From positions 420,001 through 452,000 of the forward strand of contig CALSTM010000001.1 of the NCBI GenBank assembly GCA_943789275.1: a stretch of DNA of 32,000 bases, in the 5' to 3' direction. This stretch comes from Candidatus Poseidoniaceae archaeon (GTDB lineage: Archaea; Thermoplasmatota; Poseidoniia; Poseidoniales; Poseidoniaceae). The position numbers and the translations under genes are program-made. Positions 15,496 through 23,599 of the stretch are shown piece by piece; position 1 is the first letter of the stretch; each line of letters opens with the position of its first letter. Under the pieces are notes generated by a model. It searched no databases. It had not been told where the DNA came from and saw only the letters and a list, made by a program, of their open reading frames with translations.

Positions 15496-18243
15496 CTAAC
15501 GCTTAGCAAATTTATAGCCAATACTTTCGTTTTTCTTCAAATACAGTTTTGATGAGAAAGGTTTTCCAGTTTTCTTTGAAAGAAAATCATCAAACGGTCC
15601 GATTTCCTTCTTTTCAATGAGTATTTTGGCCTCTTCACGGGTAATCTCGCGCTTTGACACTTCCCTCGCAATTTGAATCGAGCATCCACTTGAACCTGCT
15701 TCAGGTTGGTAATGCGTTTCTGTTTCGACAATGTTGACCTTATGCGTTGGACAAACTCCAACAACACCTTCTACGATTGGGAAACGAGTTGCGTCAGCAG
15801 CAGCTTCTCGAGGTGGGAATTCAAACTTAATCCGGGTCTTATCGAGTACCAGGAAAGCCTTGAATGGACGACCGCGTTTTGATATGAAGTCTTCCAAGAG
15901 TTCGGATTTACCGTTCTCGAGGATGGATTTCGCTTCTTCAGGGCTGATTGGGCGTTTGCACATTTCTTTCGAAACACCTCGGAATTTACACTCATCATGA
16001 TCGCAAGCATACATTGTCTGGCCAATTCGAACAGTTCCGTGGTCACACAATGGACATGCACACACTTCTTCATCAGACGCATCAGATGAGGATTCTCCGC
16101 CACCAATAAACTCGACTTTCCCTTCATCGGAAATTTTGACCGTTGCGATGTACGGTTCGCCGGAACGGTTGAAGAATCCATGAAGGTCCTCAATTTGACG
16201 GCTGGCAAGCAGTCGCTGAGCAGTTTTTTGGTCAAACCAACGTCCTGAAGTATCTTTCCAAAACACAAAGGAACAGCCTTTGTCTCTGCCTTCGTTCTTT
16301 TCGCATTGGTAATTCAATGTTGTTTCAATGATTTTACCTGAGCATACTGTGCATGAACCAATTGACGGCTCATTTTGATACAATTCAGCCCGGTCGTGGT
16401 TCTTTATTCGCTCTACCATGACTCTGGTTTGTTCAATAACTGCGTTCATGTAGTTCTCTCGTGGTTCATCCCCTCGTTGCACACGCAAAAGTGAAGATTC
16501 CATTTCACCCGTCATCTCAGGGGAAGTAATCCATTCAACCGGAATCTTACGAAGAACATCAATGATTCGAATTCCGTGTGCAGTAGCACTGATACTTCCT
16601 GCCCGTGAGCGTTGAATATAGCCTCTGTCCACCAATTTTTCAATTGTGTCTGCCCGAGTTGCTGGGGTCCCTAGTCCTTTGTCCTTCATTGCATCGGCCA
16701 AGGCTTCGTCATCCACTTGCTTCCCAGCATGTTCCATCAATCGAAGTAATCCTGCTTCCTTCAATCGACCCTTTGGCTTTGACTTCTCTTCCGCAAATTC
16801 ATAGGATTCAACATCTGCATCGCAAGGGTTGGTGGGCAAAACATTCCAATCTTCTGGAAGGGATTGTTTCTTCGGTCGAACTGCTCTCCAACCTGGTGTT
16901 TTGATTTGTCGTGCTTCTTTGGAAAATTGTTCACCTTCAAGTGTTGCTGTTCGCTTTTGAACATCCCAAACCGCTTCAGGATGCCAAGAAGCGAGGAATG
17001 TACGCACAATGAGGTCGTACAATCTCTTGTGGTCTGGACTCAAATTCGAGTCTGGTATTTTTCCTGTTGGAATAATCGCAAAGTGATCGCTTACCTTACT
17101 GTTGTCAAAGTTGCGACCTGCATTCTTCATTCCATCATCCACAATACGTTTTGAGTGGGTATTGTAATCGTCTTGTGCTCCAAGCTGACGGACAATTTTG
17201 GCAATTTCTTCATGCATATCTTCTGGAAGGTGGCGTGAATCAGTACGTGGGTAGGTTGTTAACTTGTGAGAGTCGTACAGGTCTTGAGCTACTCCAAGCG
17301 TCCTTTTTGCTGACCAACTGAACATACTGTTGGCTTCACGTTGGAGCGTGGTCAAATCAAAATTAAGAGGAGGCTTCTCCTTTGCATCTCTTTGCGTCTG
17401 TCGAACCGAAGCAGGTTGGCCGGATTCCAGAATCTTGAGGAGACGGTCGTGTTCCGATTGTTCGACAATTCGGTGAGGCTTGTAATCCGGTTGGTCTGGG
17501 TCGTCTACGTGGTTTTGCCTCTCCCAGCGCCCAGTCCATTTCGCATCACCAGATTTGAACACTGCTTCGAGTTGCCAAAACGGTAAAGGTATGTGTGCAA
17601 GTACATTCAGTTCATGTTCTACGATCATTGCGAGAGTGGCGGTTTGAACTCGCCCAAGAGAGATTGCTACTCGTTCATTCTTCTTACGTGGAAGGAAAGA
17701 GTTGGCGACTCGAGAGCCATTCATCCCAATAATCCAATCGGCCTCGGAACGAGAATAGGCTGCATCACGTAGAGCACTGTATTCGTCTCCATCAGCCCTT
17801 GAATTCCATGCTTGTTGAATGGAATCCTTGGTCATTGATTGCAACCACATCCGAGAAGTTTTTGTTTTTGATTTGGAATGCTGAACAATTGTTCGGAAAA
17901 TCAGTTCGCCCTCTCGGGCAGCGTCGCATGCGTTCACGATTTCAGTCACGCCTTTCGATTTAATCAGTTTGTTAATCGCAGACAACTGCTTTTTTCCTCG
18001 TCCACCGATAGGTTTGTATTCAAATTGTTCGGGAATATAGGGGAGTCTGTCAATGGTTTTTCTCCAGTCTTTGAACGCTTCATCGTAGTCGTCCATGTAC
18101 TTGAGTTGTAACAAATGACCGATCGCCCAAGTCACGACGATGTCCTTTCCTTCCCAGTGCGTATCCTTTTTCGAAGAGGCTCCGAGAACCTTTGCGATGT
18201 CATTGGCAACACTCGGTTTCTCGGCAATGATGACAACGCTCAT
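15496..18243 (-). CDS. topB: type IA DNA topoisomerase, bacterial TopB (topo III)-like, with C-terminal Zn ribbons and repeats
   Basis: 915 aa. N-terminal VVIIAEKPSVANDIA, VTWAIGHLLQL, Toprim CDAAREGELIFR, and the catalytic region LTTYPRTDSRHL. The C-terminus has Cys4-type ribbons (CTVCSG...CEKN..C, CACPLC...CDHDEC) and 3 repeats of the type G.PF.a.L.L. Confidence 0.9.
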   Translation of the reverse strand: MSVVIIAEKPSVANDIAKVLGASSKKDTHWEGKDIVVTWAIGHLLQLKYMDDYDEAFKDWRKTIDRLPYIPEQFEYKPIGGRGKKQLSAINKLIKSKGVTEIVNACDAAREGELIFRTIVQHSKSKTKTSRMWLQSMTKDSIQQAWNSRADGDEYSALRDAAYSRSEADWIIGMNGSRVANSFLPRKKNERVAISLGRVQTATLAMIVEHELNVLAHIPLPFWQLEAVFKSGDAKWTGRWERQNHVDDPDQPDYKPHRIVEQSEHDRLLKILESGQPASVRQTQRDAKEKPPLNFDLTTLQREANSMFSWSAKRTLGVAQDLYDSHKLTTYPRTDSRHLPEDMHEEIAKIVRQLGAQDDYNTHSKRIVDDGMKNAGRNFDNSKVSDHFAIIPTGKIPDSNLSPDHKRLYDLIVRTFLASWHPEAVWDVQKRTATLEGEQFSKEARQIKTPGWRAVRPKKQSLPEDWNVLPTNPCDADVESYEFAEEKSKPKGRLKEAGLLRLMEHAGKQVDDEALADAMKDKGLGTPATRADTIEKLVDRGYIQRSRAGSISATAHGIRIIDVLRKIPVEWITSPEMTGEMESSLLRVQRGDEPRENYMNAVIEQTRVMVERIKNHDRAELYQNEPSIGSCTVCSGKIIETTLNYQCEKNEGRDKGCSFVFWKDTSGRWFDQKTAQRLLASRQIEDLHGFFNRSGEPYIATVKISDEGKVEFIGGGESSSDASDEEVCACPLCDHGTVRIGQTMYACDHDECKFRGVSKEMCKRPISPEEAKSILENGKSELLEDFISKRGRPFKAFLVLDKTRIKFEFPPREAAADATRFPIVEGVVGVCPTHKVNIVETETHYQPEAGSSGCSIQIAREVSKREITREEAKILIEKKEIGPFDDFLSKKTGKPFSSKLYLKKNESIGYKFAKR

Positions 18244-18299
18244 GGTTTGACATGCGACCGACGAGGCTACTTGAACTCTCTCATTTGCAGACTACATAG

Positions 18300-18319
18300 A
18301 CAGATACTCTTGTATCTGT
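18300..18319. repeat. perfect 8-bp inverted repeat with 4-nt loop (ACAGATAC tctt GTATCTGT)
   Basis: Read directly from the sequence. Lies in the 105-nt gap between the stop of the 145-aa gene (18349) and the topoisomerase ATG (18243). Function unknown. Confidence 0.6.
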
Positions 18320-18348
18320 TCGGGTAAATCAGGCCATTCATCAACATT

Positions 18349-18780
18349 TTATTCCGAGAGCCGAAGACGATTCTTTGCCTCATCCCATGGCAATTCTGAA
18401 TTTGGCCCACCGCATCCTACGCATCCGGGATAACCTGCCTCATGCAAGTCTCTGCATGACTCAAGGAGATTTTGCCATCCATCCTCAACGGTCATTTTTA
18501 CCCATCGTACTGATGCATTTGGTTCCTTCATTCCAACATGTGCCAAATGTTGCCTAACGCCCGTTTCCTCATTCATTTGGAATATACCGATGGAATTCAA
18601 ATCCGTTCCTTCATAAATTGGATAGTTCGACTTTGCAGGTTGAAAATCACTCATCTGAAGGAGCAACTGTTCAAACTCCTTGCCGAAGCGTTTTGGTAAT
18701 TCAATGACTAAATTGTCTTCCCTGAGGATGAGTCTTGAGGTCTCCCTGACCACTGGCCACAGCGGTTCATCCATGCGCAT
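18349..18780 (-). CDS. hypothetical small cytoplasmic protein
   Basis: The ORF opens at TTG 18786; the first ATGs are at 18780 and 18774. No family recognised. Contains GYPGCVGCGGP. Confidence 0.45.
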   Translation of the reverse strand: MRMDEPLWPVVRETSRLILREDNLVIELPKRFGKEFEQLLLQMSDFQPAKSNYPIYEGTDLNSIGIFQMNEETGVRQHLAHVGMKEPNASVRWVKMTVEDGWQNLLESCRDLHEAGYPGCVGCGGPNSELPWDEAKNRLRLSE

Positions 18781-18833
18781 ATACAACCCGATGAGGCGGA
18801 AGTCTTGAAGGATACCGATTCAACCAGTACAAC

Positions 18834-19964
18834 ATGGGCATCGGTTATCGTATCTTTGTCCGACCGATGTTACGATTCCAAGACTCGGAGAAAGCACATT
18901 CACGTGCATTGAAAATGCTACGCCTCTTGAGTTCAAACATCTTGTCTCGACCGGTTTTATCTCTTCTCTACAAACCTCGTAAGTTGCTTCCAATCGAATG
19001 TTTTGGCACCACATACAAGCACCCATTTGGCAACGCAGCAGGATTGGACAAGCGAGCAGAGGCACTCAGGGGTTGGGATGCTCTAGGGCTTTCATTTATC
19101 GAAATTGGAGGAGTTACTGAACACGAACAAGATGGAAACCCCAAACCACGCATGTTCCGAGCCTCAACTTCCAAAGCTCTCGTGAACAGAATGGGGTTCA
19201 ATAATCCAGGTTCACAAAAAGTAGCATTGACTCTTGAACGGCATTTTTCGAACACGGGACCTCCAACTGTACCCCTTTGGGCAAACCTTGGAAAATCAAA
19301 GCGGACAGAACTCGAACTCGCACCTTCAGACTATGCGGCCTCAATGGATCGTTTATGGAAGTTCTGCGATGTATTTGTCATCAACGTGTCTTCCCCAAAC
19401 ACGCCTAATCTACGTGAATTACAACACGACGATGCCCTCGAATCTATCGTTCAAGCATGTCAAAAAATCAACCGCAAATATGCAGATTCAACCAACAGCA
19501 AACCAAAGCCACTACTTGTTAAGATTGCACCGGATCTGAATGATGTTCAGCTAAAGGCTGTTGTGCAAACTGCAAGGGATGCAGGCTGCGACGGTATTGT
19601 GGCTACCAATACGACCATAGAACGTCCGAGTTCATATCCAGCGAACGAAGAAAAAGTATTTTCTCAAACCGGCGGAATGAGTGGTTCACCTCTCACGACT
19701 CGTTCAACTTCGATGATTCACAAAATCTATGCGATGACCGATGGCAAATGGCCTATTGTTGGTGTCGGAGGTATATCCACTGCTGAGGAGGCTTGGGAAA
19801 AAATTGGAGCAGGTGCCACATTAATCCAGGCTTACAGTGGGTTTGTTTTTGAAGGCGCATCGATCACCAAATCCATTGTTCACGGTTTGGACAAAAAGTT
19901 GCGCGAGCATGGATTTGCAACGCTAAACGAAGCGGTGGGTTTTTCACACCGGGACACGTCATGA
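18834..19964 (+). CDS. pyrD: dihydroorotate dehydrogenase, class 2 (quinone-dependent)
   Basis: 376 aa with the N-terminal extension typical of class 2 enzymes. Contains FGNAAGLDK, IEIGGVT, NRMGFNN, VINVSSPNTPNLR, LVKIAPDL, IVATNTT, GGMSGSPL and GVGGI. Confidence 0.9.
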   Translation: MGIGYRIFVRPMLRFQDSEKAHSRALKMLRLLSSNILSRPVLSLLYKPRKLLPIECFGTTYKHPFGNAAGLDKRAEALRGWDALGLSFIEIGGVTEHEQDGNPKPRMFRASTSKALVNRMGFNNPGSQKVALTLERHFSNTGPPTVPLWANLGKSKRTELELAPSDYAASMDRLWKFCDVFVINVSSPNTPNLRELQHDDALESIVQACQKINRKYADSTNSKPKPLLVKIAPDLNDVQLKAVVQTARDAGCDGIVATNTTIERPSSYPANEEKVFSQTGGMSGSPLTTRSTSMIHKIYAMTDGKWPIVGVGGISTAEEAWEKIGAGATLIQAYSGFVFEGASITKSIVHGLDKKLREHGFATLNEAVGFSHRDTS

Positions 19965-19974
19965 AGGTGTTCAA

Positions 19975-20367
19975 ATGTTCTCACGACGCGTCCGAATGTT
20001 GTTACTTGGGGGAGCTTTGACGCTCGGCCTCCTTGGTGTTCTCCTTATTCAGGCACCTGAACCGACTCGTTCTGTCGATGAAGTGATGAATTCACCTTCA
20101 GATTTCATCGACCAAGAAATTGCTTTACGCGGTGAAGTGGTTGACGGAAGTATCGACTCGAACGGAAGCGTTTTTCTTTTACACGGCCTTGATCACACGG
20201 TTTTAGTGGATTACATCGATGCTTCTGTATCGAACGGTCTTGGAGATAACCGAACCGTATACGCTCAAGGTGTCCTTCGCTACCTTGATGGAGAATATGT
20301 TTTCGAGGCTCAAATTATCAAGACTTCATGCCCGTCAAAGTATGAAGAAGAAACACCGGTGGAATGA
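19975..20367 (+). CDS. ccmE: cytochrome c maturation heme chaperone CcmE, CxxxY variant
   Basis: 130 aa. N-terminal TM anchor, then an OB-fold body colinear with E. coli CcmE (IALRGEVVDGSI ... VYAQGVL ... EAQIIKTS). C-P-S-K-Y stands where E. coli has H-D-E-N-Y. TGAAGGTG-N5-ATG junction with pyrD. Confidence 0.8.
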   Translation: MFSRRVRMLLLGGALTLGLLGVLLIQAPEPTRSVDEVMNSPSDFIDQEIALRGEVVDGSIDSNGSVFLLHGLDHTVLVDYIDASVSNGLGDNRTVYAQGVLRYLDGEYVFEAQIIKTSCPSKYEEETPVE

Positions 20368-20403
20368 TTTTCAGTAACGAACATGGGTTTCGTTCAAATA
20401 GAG

Positions 20404-20712
20404 TTGGCCTTAGGGCTACATGGGATAGGTGGGGAGCTAGGCGTACCCTGTACCACAAATCGTCTTCACGGTGGACTGAACGCCTTTGGGCGGCGAAAGC
20501 GGCTCTTTGGTTTCTACATGCGGACGTTGATGTCTCGCCCCCACATGACTCGGGTGCTGTGAACTGTTTCCGGAGGGAAACAGGAATTGGATAGCCGGGG
20601 GAATAGGTCAGGCCGGGAACGGAGCAGCCCTACTCGGAGCCATGGGTGCTGTGGGGTATCGGGATGGAGGAAGTGTGTGGGTTAGGCTGAGGAGAGCGCA
20701 TGTCCACCATTG
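20404..20712 (+). ncRNA. ffs: signal recognition particle RNA (archaeal 7S RNA); ends approximate (+/- 30 nt)
   Basis: Helix 8 signature GGTCAGGCCGGGAACGGAGCAGCC at 20606-20629 (compare E. coli 4.5S GGUCAGGUCCGGAAGGAAGCAGCC, GGAA tetraloop). Perfect helix-6-like hairpin CTGTTTCC-GGAG-GGAAACAG at 20564-20583 with a GNAR loop. Alu-like 5' part GGGGAGCTAGGCGTACCCTGTACC. The 5' GGCCTTAGG (20406-14) can pair with CCTGAGGCT (20724-32), so the 3' end may extend to about 20732. Confidence 0.8.
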
Positions 20713-20737
20713 GAATTCCCACTCCTGAGGCTTTCAA

Positions 20738-21016
20738 ATGGCTTTCGTGAACTTCTATTCAGTCATCCATTTCTTCATATGGTCGACGACAGGTCGGTAT
20801 ATTTTCAACCATTGGAAGTTGTTTTTCCTCCTCAGTATTGGTTGGGAAGTTTTGGAATTATACCTTCCGTATGAGTTCGCAGTTGAAGAACTCGGCAACA
20901 AAATAATGGACGTTGTGTTCAACACAGTTGGCTTTTATCTTGGCACTCGTATTCGGTACGATGGCCTCGTGACTCAGATATCAAAAACGACGTCACAGAA
21001 CCAACCAGGACCCTGA
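20738..21016 (+). CDS. hypothetical small membrane protein (3 predicted TM segments)
   Basis: 92 aa with ATG start and hydrophobic segments (VIHFFIWSTTGRYIF, LFFLLSIGWEVLELYL, VVFNTVGFYLG). Its last 43 nt overlap the 3' end of the convergent archease gene. Confidence 0.5.
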   Translation: MAFVNFYSVIHFFIWSTTGRYIFNHWKLFFLLSIGWEVLELYLPYEFAVEELGNKIMDVVFNTVGFYLGTRIRYDGLVTQISKTTSQNQPGP

Positions 21017-21474
21017 AAATCCGGCACTTGCTCCCAAGGAGAGTGGGCATGTTCGGATACTTTCAATTCGGTGAATTGCAATTCATGACTCGTTACTGCC
21101 TTAATTTCCACTTCGCGTTCCACATGTTCACTCTCAACCCAAGAAACATGTCCAGAAGCAATCACTTTCTTTTCTTCCCAAGAAAACGCCAACTGACAGT
21201 CTACCAGCCATTGGTTGTGTATTTCTGCCCGATACAGCACTTCTTCAAGCCATTGAACAAGAAGTAAATCCCACGCTTGAGACCCACCATCATGGGGCGC
21301 CTCTATTTGCCAAAGTGAGGAATGGCGAACATGTGTGTTGAGAATTCTTTGTGCTTCATCTGAGAGTAAGATGTCTTGCATACCCAATGATGCTTCAGTA
21401 AAGAGACGTGATGGACTCGAAGCGAATGCTCGAAGCGCAATGTCAGCAGTCGTAGGCCTCGGCCATGAACTCAT
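20974..21474 (-). CDS. archease (RtcB-ligase / tRNA-modification accessory protein)
   Basis: 166 aa. N-terminal TTADIALRAFASSPSRLFTEASLGM (the family pattern is HTADI.i.a.G.....lf..aa.a) and C-terminal WFCDVVFDI, a typical archease ending. TGAGGTG-N5-ATG junction with the upstream kinase. Confidence 0.8.
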   Translation of the reverse strand: MSSWPRPTTADIALRAFASSPSRLFTEASLGMQDILLSDEAQRILNTHVRHSSLWQIEAPHDGGSQAWDLLLVQWLEEVLYRAEIHNQWLVDCQLAFSWEEKKVIASGHVSWVESEHVEREVEIKAVTSHELQFTELKVSEHAHSPWEQVPDFQGPGWFCDVVFDI

Positions 21475-21483
21475 TGAAACACC

Positions 21484-22545
21484 TCAGCGCTTTGAAACTT
21501 GCAAGTTCCACGACATTTCACCGATTCGATCGATAAGGTCTTCACGGCTCAACACAAAAGATTCAGTTTTGTCAGCACCCAAAATACATTCACATGCCGC
21601 ATTGGCGAGCAGTGCCGTATTACGTACAGACATGTTCTTGGAAATCGCAACAGCGATGGCGACTGCTGCCGCGTCGATGAGTCCAATCATTTGTCGTAAA
21701 TCATCGAGTGTACATGGTGCATGGACAACTTCTTCATCTCTCGAATAGATGGTGACTCCAGCTTCACCTGACAGGACAACCAAGTGATTCCAGTCATGCG
21801 TTTCAATAAGTTGCATTGCTGCTTCACTTCCGGTTGAAACACCCAGTCTTCGTCGCATCAATTCCAATCCTTGAGACTGGAATAAAATCCAGTTAACGCC
21901 GTGAGTTCGATGAAGGCCGGTTAACTTAGGGTCTGCGATTATTGGTACATTTTTACTGCGAGCGGTTTTGATGATTCGGTCAGCACCAGCGTCATTGACA
22001 ACGCCTTGGCCGTAATCGGATAGAATAACAACATCAGCATTTTCCACTTCGAGCATGGCATTGTCATAGAGTGATTGTGATGCGTCAAGCGGTACTGGGT
22101 TGTCATCTTCGACGTCCCATCGCAGTAATAATTGTTCATCGCTGACGAGACTTTCGCGTGTTGCTAACATTCGTGTTTTAACGGTCGTTGTTCGCCCGTC
22201 AATGATCGAAATACCTCCAGTAGCAACCCCTTCATCGTCCAGAGACTGTAATATATTGAGACCCGCCCGGTCATCGCCGACAACACCGAACAGGAAACTT
22301 TGCAATCCCATGGAATTCAAACCTCTGCCGACGTGTGCTGCCGCTCCGACATCTTCCTCTCGCATCGTTTCACGTAGAACTGGCACTGGTGCTCTTGAGT
22401 TGAGATTGTTTGCATAACCGTGAATGTAACAGTCCATCATGATATCTCCGATGAGAACCACTTTCGATTCACCTGATTGTTTGAGTAAACTCTTGAGGTT
22501 TTTCAAATCTTCATACACTGCCTCTTCCTCATCTGACATTCCCAT
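21484..22545 (-). CDS. pfkB-family carbohydrate kinase, RfaE/HldE domain-I-like
   Basis: 353 aa. N-terminal VVLIGDIMMDCYIHGYANNLNSRAPVPVL resembles the RfaE kinase-domain signature. VVILSDYGQGV and a C-terminal pfkB-like GAGD-type region (IDAAAVAIAVAI..). Confidence 0.75.
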   Translation of the reverse strand: MGMSDEEEAVYEDLKNLKSLLKQSGESKVVLIGDIMMDCYIHGYANNLNSRAPVPVLRETMREEDVGAAAHVGRGLNSMGLQSFLFGVVGDDRAGLNILQSLDDEGVATGGISIIDGRTTTVKTRMLATRESLVSDEQLLLRWDVEDDNPVPLDASQSLYDNAMLEVENADVVILSDYGQGVVNDAGADRIIKTARSKNVPIIADPKLTGLHRTHGVNWILFQSQGLELMRRRLGVSTGSEAAMQLIETHDWNHLVVLSGEAGVTIYSRDEEVVHAPCTLDDLRQMIGLIDAAAVAIAVAISKNMSVRNTALLANAACECILGADKTESFVLSREDLIDRIGEMSWNLQVSKR

Positions 22546-22577
22546 AATCGACCCTCAGTTTACTCGTTGTTTGTTTC

Positions 22578-23573
22578 TCATTTGATTGTATCGCGCAGTT
22601 CCGCAAGGAGACTCGCATGTTGCACATCGGTAATTCCTAATGTTTCTCGTAGTGTTGCGAGCATGGCGCCTTCATCTTCGGTTATTATTCCATCTTGAAG
22701 TGCTGTGATGAGCGTCGATCTGTAGGTCATGTACTTTTCAGAAACCAGAGGCGATTTTTTAGCATCCTCAAGCAATTTGTCGTGCGTCAGTCGATCAAAT
22801 CCATATGCTATTCGGACCGTTTCCAACAATGCTATTTCATCATCGACAAGTTCACCATCAACCATGGCCTGACGGAGCATATCAAGATAAATTTCTTCAG
22901 GTGGTGGGGCTTTTTGTTCTTTTCGAGCCTCATCAGAAAGACGTCGCACACGTTCCGGATGCATTCCAAGGAAGTCTACGACCTCAGTGAGCAAGTATTG
23001 TTCATCTTTCGTGATTTTACCGTCTTCCCAAGCCCTGGCAAACAGTCGGCGAATGAGATTTTCACCGGCTTGGGCATCCAGTGAGGCGACACCTTCTGGA
23101 TTGGAGACAGGAGACACGACAGGATTTTCATGCATGTTCATCCCTTCGTCAATGTAGGACAGTAGGTCAAGTGTAGCCTGGCCGCCCTTCCGAAGTTCTG
23201 AAAGGAGAGTTTTCTCGCCGTTTTTAAGAACAAAGAGGTTGAGAATTTTTTCTCGTAATTTCCGCGCCAATTCTCTTCCATTCGCTGTCAAACCGTAGAC
23301 TTGCCTACGCTGTTTGGCTCCCGGGACATGGCGTTTATCGGTCGTCAAGTCACCTCGTTGTTCCAGCCGTTTGAGTGTGCGTGGCACGTGTTTACGCTGT
23401 ACATGTACGGCTGCTGAGATACCTGCCTGCGTTAGAGCTGCAGGCGCTTCCCAAGCACCTTCGGGGAGGTTATGGTCAAACAAATGCAAAAGCATTCGCT
23501 CTTCCGTCGTCAACGACCCCAGATAACCGTCTACCACTTGGCTCCCCAATACTTCGTAGAAGCGGGAGCACAT
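22578..23573 (-). CDS. putative transcription regulator: N-terminal winged helix followed by three TerB-like / DjlA-N-like helical repeats
   Basis: The ORF opens at GTG 23612; the first ATG is 23573 (MCSRFYEVLG). wHTH-like region LTQAGISAAVHVQRKHVPRTLKRLEQRGDLTTDKRHVPGAKQRRQVYGLTANGRELA. Three repeats of about 50 aa with the consensus A..DG.ht.DE...L..h...hG. Confidence 0.6.
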   Translation of the reverse strand: MCSRFYEVLGSQVVDGYLGSLTTEERMLLHLFDHNLPEGAWEAPAALTQAGISAAVHVQRKHVPRTLKRLEQRGDLTTDKRHVPGAKQRRQVYGLTANGRELARKLREKILNLFVLKNGEKTLLSELRKGGQATLDLLSYIDEGMNMHENPVVSPVSNPEGVASLDAQAGENLIRRLFARAWEDGKITKDEQYLLTEVVDFLGMHPERVRRLSDEARKEQKAPPPEEIYLDMLRQAMVDGELVDDEIALLETVRIAYGFDRLTHDKLLEDAKKSPLVSEKYMTYRSTLITALQDGIITEDEGAMLATLRETLGITDVQHASLLAELRDTIK

Positions 23574-23599
23574 AGCCCCATCGGTAACCCTAAACTCAA

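Noticed and set aside
17905-17928. Toprim motif CDAAREGE lacks the second Asp of the DxD triad, raising the question of an inactive topoisomerase
   Set aside because: As I recall, Firmicutes TopB enzymes carry DAGREGE at this position and are active. The catalytic Tyr region (YPRTDSR) is intact.
20364-20594. 76-aa ORF directly after ccmE
   Set aside because: It lies on top of the SRP RNA (Alu-like 5' part, helix-6 hairpin). Its Arg/Trp-rich translation looks like structured-RNA sequence read as protein, and no SD precedes it.
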